Source: Octopus vulgaris (taxonomy: Eukaryota). From it: a stretch of DNA of 64,000 nucleotides. Location of the stretch: contig OX597832.1 of assembly GCA_951406725.2 (NCBI GenBank), positions 25,172,001 through 25,236,000 of the forward strand. Reading direction: 5' to 3'. Below the pieces are notes generated by a model. The model did no database searches. It worked only from the letters and a program-made list of their open reading frames with translations, and was not told the DNA's origin. The translations under genes and the position numbers were made by a program. Below are positions 54,496 to 64,000 of the stretch, one piece after another. The first letter of the stretch is position 1, and every line of letters begins with the position of its first letter.

Positions 54496-54786
54496 TCTAT
54501 AATATAAATTGGACATGGGCGATCGTTGTATTCTTTCTTGTCTTGAGGTTCACAGCCAAATGGCTGGGTGGATTCGTGTGAAAACTGGCACACATGTGGA
54601 GACGGGTGCATAGATTGGAATGTGGTTTGTATTCTTTTCCTAGCCCCCATACTTACCGAGAAAATCGATTCAGGGGACCCGAAATGATAAGGTTGAGAAA
54701 CGCTATTATAGATTACGCCTAACCAAAAACGATTACAGCCACATCATCCAAAGAGACCGGGTGATGCCGGGCTTAGCTGCTGCTAC
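54496..54786 (+). mobile_element. Short Helitron-like element
   Basis: A|TCTATAAT 5' end; CCGGGTGATGCCGG hairpin and a degenerate GCTAC end. Confidence 0.45.
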
Positions 54787-54795
54787 AATATATAC

Positions 54796-55199
54796 CGCAG
54801 GAGTGGCTGTGTGGTAAGTAGCTTGTTTACCAACCACATGGTTCCGGGTTCAGTCCCACTGCGTGGCACCTTGGGCAGGTGTCTTCTACTATAGCCTCGG
54901 GCCGACCAAAGCCTTGTGAGTGGATTTGGTAGACGGAAACTGAAAGAACCCCGTCGTATATATGTATATATATATATGCGCGTGTGTGTTTGTGTGTCTG
55001 TGTTTGTCCCCCTAGCATTGTTTGACAACCGATGCTGGTGTGTTTATGTCCCCGTTACCTAGCGGTTCGGCAAAAGAGACCGATAGAATAAGTACTGGGC
55101 TTACAAAGAATAAGTCCCGGGGTCGAGTTGCTCGATTAAAGGCGGTGCTCCAACATGGCCGCAGTCAAATGACTGAAACAAGTAAAAGAGTAAAAGAGT
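54796..55199 (+). mobile_element. SINE family A, full length
   Basis: Near-identical to 12945-13341. Confidence 0.9.
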
Positions 55200-55794
55200 A
55201 TACCCAAATCTATTATACATACACTATAACACACACAAACACACACACGCAGACACACAGATGCACGTAATCACACACAGACCGAAACCTATCGCGGGTC
55301 TACCCACCCAGACACAGAAACAAAAGCCAATAAAACAATAGCTATCTGTTGTCCTTCTTATAAATAGAGATACGCTTTTGTCCAAGGCAGAAAGGTGACG
55401 GGCGGAGGAGGCTTCATAATATAGGGAAGCGGTTTAAACCTTTTTGAAATGGGTGGTGTATAATTATGAGGTTCAGACTTCTAGAAAGGGGAAAGGGGAG
55501 GAAGAGAAGGGCAGAGGGATGAGACAGAAGAGAAGAAAAAGATGTACATATTCTTTTTGCTTTTTTTTTTTGTTTCATTTAGAAATATTATGTAACATAT
55601 TGAAAAAGAGAGTGAGCGCGTGTTACATAGAGAGGGGAAGAGAGAGAGGGTGAGAGATAGGGTGATAGAGAGGGCGAGAGAGAGAGGGTGAGAGAGAAAT
55701 GGAAATTGTATGAGTGAAAGCTATATATGTCTGTCTGTTTGCCTGTCTGTCTGTTTGCCTGTCTGTTTGTCGATCAGTCAATGTATAGATTCTG

Positions 55795-55883
<89 letters not shown>

Positions 55884-55921
55884 CTATATATCTATCTATC
55901 TATATACATGTATATACATAG

Positions 55922-55967
<46 letters not shown>

Positions 55968-56178
55968 GTCTCTGTCTTTGTTCCCCAACCATCGTTTGAC
56001 AACCGATGTTGGTGTGTTTACGCCCCGTAACTTAGCGGTTCAGGGCAAAAGAGACCGATAGAATAAGTGCTAGGCTTACAAAGAACAAGTCCTGGGGTTG
56101 ATTTATTCGACTAAAAGAAGATGAAACAATTAAAACAATAAATATATGCGTATATATATATATATATATGTGTGTGTG

Positions 56179-56233
<55 letters not shown>

Positions 56234-56447
56234 ATATATACACACATATTATCTATATATATATATAGGTACATGACGAATTAGAATCAGAAAAGGCTGG
56301 CCTGTGTACTCGAGGTACAACACGTTTTTGTCAGCTGAGTGTATCGGAGCAGCGTGAAATAAAGGGTCTTGTTCATTATGTAACGTGCCTACACGCACAC
56401 ATTATATACAAGGGCACGTGAGTGAATAGATAGACAGACAGACAGAC

Positions 56448-56496
<49 letters not shown>

Positions 56497-56526
56497 CATA
56501 CATACATACATACATACATACATACA

Positions 56527-56560
<34 letters not shown>

Positions 56561-56802
56561 CATGCATTTGTCGAGGGTAAGAGGCGTGAATACTTACAAA
56601 GGATTGAAGAAAAATATAAAGAAAGGCGATTGGGTTAAAATGTTGTGGGCATTGATGGAAGAAAACTTGCGCTAAAAAACATGGGTTGTAAGAAAGGAAC
56701 AATAAGGAAGAAACAAATGAATGCAGAGGGTTTGAATTGGAGACAGATGTGAGGAAGGACGAGGGGGGAGAAGAGGACAGAAAGATGTAAAGAATCCGGA
56801 CA

Positions 56803-56835
<33 letters not shown>

Positions 56836-57086
56836 CAGACAGAGACAGACAGACAGAAGAGGTGAGTTGGAGAGTGAAGAACAAAGAGAAATCTTTTCAT
56901 ACAAAACTTATTAAATTTTTTTAAATGGAAGAAGCAGACGATAGAGTAGAGTAGAAAAGAAACTAGAAACAAAAAAATACCATCGATATGAAAGTGAACG
57001 GAGAAAGGAGAGGGTAGGTATGTATATATATATATATACACTCACATATATATATATATGCACACTCACATATATATACATATACA

Positions 57087-57530
57087 CTAGCAGTATAGCC
57101 CGGCGTTGCTCGGGTTTGTATTTTAGTTGCGTTTAAAACGGCAGACTTTGATGTCGCGTTAACAAAGTTTTGACATAGTTTCAATCTTTTTTGAAAAATA
57201 AAAATTTTGCATTATGTAGCTTGTTATTCTCTTTAAGTGAACATTTTTCTGGTTGAAATACACCAAAAATGGCGACACAGCAGTCAAAAAATCGTAAAAA
57301 ATAGGGATTTTCATACAAAAAAAGCACCTTTTTGATGTAAATAATTTTTGGTCTTAATATGGTCCGATTTGAAATGTTTCTCCTACGGAATGAAGAGCAA
57401 GCCTTTTTCCATCATACTCTCAATTTTGGTCAACTTACGCCGCAGGGTATCGGAGGAGATAGTGTTAGTTGAAGGCTACCAAACCTGTCACTTACACACA
57501 CAGACGACATCAGCTTTATATGTATATATA
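57087..57530 (-). mobile_element. Non-autonomous Helitron-like element with the same 3' end as 12070-12508 but a different interior
   Basis: Plus strand ACTAGCAGTATAGCCCGGCGTTGCTCGGG = hairpin plus CTAG|T on the minus strand. Confidence 0.7.
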
Positions 57531-57765
57531 TCTGCTTTTATTCTTTTACTTGTTTCAGTCATTTGACTGTGGCCATGCTGGAGCATCGCCATAAGAGAGT
57601 GTCACCCATCTAAGTATCAACAGCCAACAAATGATGAGGGGTCGTCCTTTGTGTTGTTTGTTTCGTTTTCCATTTGTGTCTTTCGTTCCAAAAAATAGTT
57701 TACATTCCATGTACTCGTACTTTGTATATTTTTGTTGTTTACGTTTCAAGACGTCCTGTGCCCAC

Positions 57766-57802
<37 letters not shown>

Positions 57803-57806
<4 letters not shown>

Positions 57807-58102
57807 CCCTTCTCAAGCCATGCATGGCTCATAATGGGCCGGTTTCCCCGTTTCATTGGCGTATAGGTTCCCCACCTGGATGGAACGCCGGTCCATCCCA
57901 GGTGAGCTGCAAGATGCAGGAAAAAAGAGTGTGAGAAAATTGTGGCGAAAGAGTCAGCAGAATTTCGCCATTACCTTCTTCCGGAGCCATGTGGAGCTTA
58001 GGTGTCTTGCTCATAAACACACACATCTCTCGATCTGAGATTCGAACCCGCGATACATCGACCGCGAGCCATCGCTTTAACCACTAGGCCATGTGCCTCC
58101 AC
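57803..58102 (-). mobile_element. tRNA-derived SINE (head shared with 11187-11290)
   Basis: Minus strand TGGCCTAGTGG A box and GGTTCGAATC B box. Confidence 0.75.
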
Positions 58103-58115
58103 TGTGCCCACATAT

Positions 58116-58166
<51 letters not shown>

Positions 58167-58277
58167 CGTATAGATGTAAGTATGTACATATACGTATATA
58201 TATGCATATATATATATTATTTATATTATTATATATATATATATGTGTATACATATATTTATACATACATACATATA

Positions 58278-58309
<32 letters not shown>

Positions 58310-58939
58310 AATGTGTAAGTAATGATATTTAATGACAAATAGAGAGACTACTGAAAGGGATTGAAAGAAGGATAGAATGAGAAAGAGTGAGAGAGAAAGA
58401 GAACGCGGAATGAGTGAGTGATGGTGTGAGGGAGAAAGGGTGGTTGAGAAAGAGGGAGGCAGTGATCATTGATTGATAAGAAAGGAAAAAGATTGACATA
58501 AGATAAAGAACGAATAAAACGAAATGGTTTAAAGACGACGAGAAAATATGAAGCGATTTAGGAAGGAGCGATGGAGAGAAGGAAATGGAGAGGATGAAAG
58601 AGAGAGAAGGAATAAGAGGGAGAGAGAGAGATGTGACAGAGAGATACACCGGAAAGGGGGATAGTATAAAGTTTAGTTTAAGACAGAGAGAGAGAGGGGA
58701 GAGAGAGAGAGAGGGGGGAGAGAGAGAGAGAGAGAAATAGGGATAGACAGAGATAAAAAAGAGAAAAATACAAAGGTTATTAAAGCAAAATGAAAAAAAA
58801 AATGTTTGGTAAAATATTCGACTCCAAAGACAAAAAAAAATGATATATAATAAAGGGAATGAAAATAAAACGAAAATTGAACAATTTTAAGACAAATTGA
58901 AAGATGAAATACAAAGACATGTATATATATATACATATA

Positions 58940-58983
<44 letters not shown>

Positions 58984-59037
58984 TAAATATGTATATATAA
59001 GTATATATATATGTATATATATGTATATATATGTATG

Positions 59038-59075
<38 letters not shown>

Positions 59076-59132
59076 TATTTATATATATATACATATATAT
59101 TTATATATATATATATATATATGAATCTTTGT

Positions 59133-59164
<32 letters not shown>

Positions 59165-59434
59165 CAAGAGAACGAAAAAAGAGAGAAAGAGAGAGAAATT
59201 ATAAGTTGTAAGATGAAAGAAAGAAGAATGACTAGATGTACTCTAAGCAAAAACAAACAAGAATAAAGGAATTACCGTTTGGTGGTTGCCAAAAATTTCT
59301 TTAATACTGGATATTATAGATATATGATAAAAAAAACAAAATCCAAAACACCATAATCAACATTTCCTTCGGTTATTTCTTGTGAACTTCAATAAGTTTA
59401 CATCTTCAAAACTCGACTGCAGTATTTGTCTCAG

Positions 59435-59507
<73 letters not shown>

Positions 59508-59605
59508 TAATAATAATAATAATAATAATGATAATAATAATAATAATAATAATAGCCCCGGCAGGTGATTGCATCAAACATGCAGATTAAAAGTAAATGA
59601 CAATG

Positions 59606-59640
<35 letters not shown>

Positions 59641-59654
59641 TAATAATAATAATA

Positions 59655-60040
59655 AAGATTAGTAAATATAAAGACTTGCTAATAGAAATTGAAAAAATGT
59701 GGTATCTCAAGGCGACTACAGTACCAGTGATTGTAGGATCTTTAGGAATTATAAAAAAAGGTACTGAAACCTATTTGAAAATGATACCAGGCTTACCGTC
59801 CCTGCAGGAAGTGCAAAAAATCGTGTTAACTGGAACGGTTCATGTACTGAGAAGAGCATTATCGCTGTGAAAACAACATCCACCCATGAATTTATTTATT
59901 CATTAATTTTTTAAATTAACGTTTTACCTGTGTATTTGCGTGTGTAATCTGGGAATGCATACAATGAGCTTCTCTGCCCTAGGTGTATGGAAGACACTCG
60001 GCGAGAAACGGAAGAAAAATTTAAGAAAGAAAGAAAGAAA
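59655..60040 (+). mobile_element. 5'-truncated R4/Dong-like non-LTR retrotransposon in (TAA)n
   Basis: SKYKDLLIEIEKMWYLKATTVPVIVGSLG...LQEVQKIVLTGTVHVLRRAL* then 3' UTR; TAA repeats on both sides. Confidence 0.75.
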
Positions 60041-60066
60041 TAATAATAATAATAATAATAATAATA

Positions 60067-60570
60067 CCTTTTACTATAGGCACAGGGCCTGAAATTGAGG
60101 GGTGGGAGATAGCCGGTTACATCGACCCCAGTACTCAGCTGGTACTTATTTTATCGACCCCGAAAGGATGAAAGGCAAAGTCGGCCTCAGCAGAATTTGA
60201 ACTCAGAACATAAAGAACAGACGAAATGTCGCTAAGCATTTTGTCCGGCGTGCTAACGATTTAGCCATCTCGCCGACTATCCCAAAGGACTCTGGTACCG
60301 AACGTAAAACATACGTGTATAGCATGAATAAATTATAACAACGATGAAAGGCGGCGAGATGGCAGAAACGTTAGCATGCTGGGCGAAATGATTAGCGGTA
60401 TTTTGTCTGTCTTTATGTTCTGAGTTCAAATTCCGCCGCGGTCCATTTTGCCTTTCATCCTTTCAGGGTCAATAAATTAAGTACCAGTTGCGTACTAGAG
60501 TCGATCTAATCGACTGGTTCCCTACCCCAAAATTTCGGACCTTGTGCCTAGAGTAGAAAAGAATAATAAC
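60067..60570. mobile_element. Head-to-head inverted pair of SINE family B (60067-60275 minus; 60348-60570 plus)
   Basis: Direct similarity to other family B copies. Confidence 0.85.
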
Positions 60571-60688
60571 AATGATGATAATAATAATAATAATAATAAT
60601 AAGGATAACAATAATAAGGATAATAATAATAATAATAATAATAAGGATAATAATAATAAGGATAATAATAATAATAATAATAATAATG

Positions 60689-60731
<43 letters not shown>

Positions 60732-60744
60732 GGATAATAATAAT

Positions 60745-61299
60745 AGCCCTGATGCAGTACCAGGCAATGGCTCTCATGGCTTCTGATCTTAACTGATTGG
60801 AAGTGTTATCATGTACATTGTTTTGTCTTGGTATAAAAGATGGGCTACAGCAAATATTCTGCTCAATACCACAGATTTGCTTGTCAGTTGTTTGACCTTA
60901 ACCAGTTGAGCATGTCCCTTAGTGGCTGACGATATGTGCATCTCTGATCACGAGCAGAAGTAGTGGGGGAGCATCATAGCCATGTGTTGAGAGGGATTCT
61001 TTGGGGTTTGAATAATTCACCTCTGGAAACATGGGTGGTTCTTTCCACATCCTTAAACAACCCTTATTCAGGGACCGTTTGAGCGGGATGGGCTACTCAA
61101 CCTGAAGAAAATTCTAACTGGGCCCCACCTGCAAGGTCATGTGCTGTTTATCTTGATATGAGATCACCATGTCGCGCACATATGGTTGTGATGCATGTGC
61201 CTGGTGTGCCTTTATCAGACGGGTAGTCATGATGGGTATATTGGGCTTCGTATATTTTACCCCAGTGTCACTTTGATGGCATGAACTGCTCTCTCACTC

Positions 61300-61300
<1 letters not shown>
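60745..61300 (+). mobile_element. Non-coding retroelement segment embedded in (TAA)n, probably a 3' UTR or non-autonomous partner of a TAA-targeting element
   Basis: TAA arrays on both flanks; 3' 140 bp duplicated at 40640-40782, also in TAA. Confidence 0.65.
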
Positions 61301-61334
<34 letters not shown>

Positions 61335-61379
61335 TGATAATAATGATGATTATTGAAGCCGGTGTTTCTTAACTGGTAC

Positions 61380-61575
61380 CCGTACCAGTAGCACTCAAAA
61401 AGCACCCACTGCACTCTTGGTGTGGTTGGCGTCAGGAAGGGCATCCAGCTGTAGAAACACTGCCAAATAAGATCGGAAACTGATGCGGCTTCCCAGCTTA
61501 ACAGTCAAAGCGGCCAATCCGTGCCTGCATGGATAACGGTCGTTAACTGATGATGATGATGATGATGATGATGAT
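61380..61575 (+). mobile_element. RTE-type 3' tail fragment ending in (GAT)n
   Basis: GGTTGGCGTCAGGAAGGGCATCCAGCTGTAGAAAC...(GAT)n. Confidence 0.5.
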
Positions 61576-61599
61576 ATGAACACACCACGGAGATTGGGT

Positions 61600-61960
61600 G
61601 AGTAGGAGACTTACAAAATCCTTTGAGATTTCCCAGTCTAAACGAACCAGGTGCACATCACGCCAGTCCTAGTGGTGGTGAACAGGTTGAGCTCTATAAT
61701 TGATGTTGCAAGCTCACTTGACCCACGAATAGTTTTAAGAAGAGTGACGCTAAAAAAAAAATTAACGTATAACAAGTCTCTTAATTACGACAAAGTCCGA
61801 CAGTGGAAGATGAAAAAGGCGAAGATAGTGACAATTATTGTTCGGTCCTTGGGGACAGCATCAGAAGGCATCAGGAGGAAATCGGAATAGAATGCCAAGG
61901 AGAGTTGTTGCAAAACACATTTTGCTTCCTGGGTCACTACCAGAATCACAAGGAAAATAT
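61600..61960 (+). mobile_element. Decayed restriction-like-endonuclease LINE fragment
   Basis: Remnants IIDVASS.D.RI and W.MKKAKIVTIIV.SLG resemble the peptide at 59655-59870. Confidence 0.45.
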
Positions 61961-62379
61961 TAGCTTAAGAGAACTAATAGCCACTACGTAGGCTGCAGGT
62001 AGCAAATTCGCTTCACATGCAATATTCCAGGATTTCCAAACAGACCTGAGTTTAAACGGCCATTAGTTTGAAAACAGGCGTTCATAACGAAAACTTAAGT
62101 CTGTACGCAGATTCTACCAAATTTTGAAAATGAAGCGTATTTTAATGAAGACTGGCTTTAAAATCACTCAGTTTGCATACATTTTTGGGGGCGTGTATAC
62201 ACCATTTGGAAACAACTTGAAAATACAAGCAGTACCAGTTGACAGCTCCACATACCGGGTACTAGCAGGGTTACAGGGTTATCAGTAGAGAATACGCGTG
62301 GTTTCAGGGCCTTCTTCTTGATGGCATTATTGCTCCCCGGCTCCTCTCAGAGATGAGACTTCATGAGTAAAATCAACTG

Positions 62380-62800
62380 CTTACTAGACTTCACTCAATA
62401 TTTTTCTAGCCATTTCTCATCTGTAGTTTGCCTTTTCTGCTGTAGCCTGCATATACGTTGAACTAAACCTAGCCACAACAACTATCATATCATACGATTT
62501 CCAATGAAACCTCCACATCGAAATTCGATTGGATAACGTCCTCTTTTCCGGCCTACATCTTCACATTTCTCGAAATATTCATAACGACCGATCTTTCGAG
62601 TCTGGGCGGCATCCATCTTATCTTCATGGAGAACCGGTCAACTCGAGCAGATTTACCACGTACTTATCCTTACATCATATGATAACATCTGGTTTCTTCG
62701 TAGCTTGAATGGGGAAGAAATCTTGGCAGCGTGGTAAATCTACAGCCACCCTCAATAGCCGTTCTGCTTTTCATCGTTCACATTGAGTTACTTCTTCAAA
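62380..62800 (-). mobile_element. Decayed R2/HERO-type LINE 3' fragment (RLE domain)
   Basis: Minus-strand remnants VAVDLP...FPIQATKKPDVII...VVNLLELT...AQTRK.GRY...YPIEFRCGGF match the PD-(D/E)xK RLE pattern. Confidence 0.6.
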
Positions 62801-62942
62801 AGGGGATGTTGTCTTACAAATATATCTATATAGACATATACACGGCTACATACACAGAGACAGAGAGTTATATGCATGTCTATGTAGGTATATGTGCATA
62901 TATGTATGTGTACATATTTACATATGTGTGTTTACATATATT

Positions 62943-63023
<81 letters not shown>

Positions 63024-63086
63024 CAGAAACAGAAAGAGTGAGAGAAAGAGATCTATAGTTCGTGATAGTTAAATTGATAAAACGAC

Positions 63087-63119
<33 letters not shown>

Positions 63120-63164
63120 CATAGATAGATAGATAGATAGGTAAATAGATAGATAAGTAGATAG

Positions 63165-63248
<84 letters not shown>

Positions 63249-64000
63249 TTAGATAGATAGATAGACAGACAAATAGAAATACAGTTAGATACATGCGCAC
63301 ATATACGAAAGCGCATAAAACAGATAGCTAACATACAGCAAAAGATGGCGATAAAGGTTAAAAAATATAAAAACGCCAGCAATAACAGTTATTATCTATT
63401 GGAAATACATATATGCCGGTGGCGACCATATTTTACCTGAAAACTTAGTACTCACTCGATTTCTCTTGCTATTTCTTATTTCTTTTTCCTTACAAAGGCT
63501 TTGATTGTTCCTCTTATATTTTTGGTTGTTTCGCCTTTTTCTTCTTGTTTATTGTTTGTTGTGTTGTTGTCGTTGTTTGTTGTTTGTAGATATTTATTCC
63601 CGTTTGTTGTACACAGTTCGTTGTTTGATTACGTGTTTTCGATGCGTTTTTTTATTATTATTTTTTTTTGGTGGTGGTGGAGGTGGGGGGCTCTCTATTT
63701 TTTTTTCCTCTAATGATTTTTGTTTGAATTCAATTGTCACTGCCTTTGTTTCTTTTCTTCTTTCTTTTCCTTCTTTCCCTCTTTCTTTCCTTTTATTTCA
63801 TTCTTGTCTTTTTTTTTTCATTTATTTTTTAAATGTTTTCTTCGTTTTATTTCGTTCCTTCTGTTTTCGCATTTGTTGCTTCCGGCTGATTGTGTGTCTA
63901 ATATTTGGCGTTCTTGGTCTTCTTGTTGTTGTTTTAAATGTTTATTTTTGTTGTTGTTGTTGTTGTTTCTTGTCCTCTTCGTTGCAGTTGTTATTGTTAT

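Overview
Eukaryotic, AT-rich, microsatellite-saturated animal DNA. The tRNA-derived SINE repertoire and simple-repeat load suggest a cephalopod (octopus-like) genome; this is inference, no database search was run. Nearly all ORFs in the supplied track are translations of simple repeats. Reading splice sites by hand gives one well-supported minus-strand gene with 11 coding exons (34222->16321, all GT-AG, phases compatible, about 738 aa). It encodes a secreted protein with an unusual architecture: signal peptide, F-spondin-type Reeler domain, ECM1/albumin-like CC-X9-10-CF module, anaphylatoxin-like domain and a long charged tail. Other major features: an ~8 kb 32-bp satellite that flips orientation at 7354-7355 to form a giant imperfect palindrome; a tRNA-like head joined to three Penelope-type minimal hammerhead-ribozyme repeats (29718-30330), plus other hammerhead-like relics; multimeric SINE arrays, one bounded by a 15-bp target-site duplication; non-autonomous Helitrons; palindromic MITE-like elements; a DD41D rosa-type deletion derivative; a decayed Tc1; and CR1-type and restriction-like-endonuclease LINE fragments, several embedded in (TAA)n.
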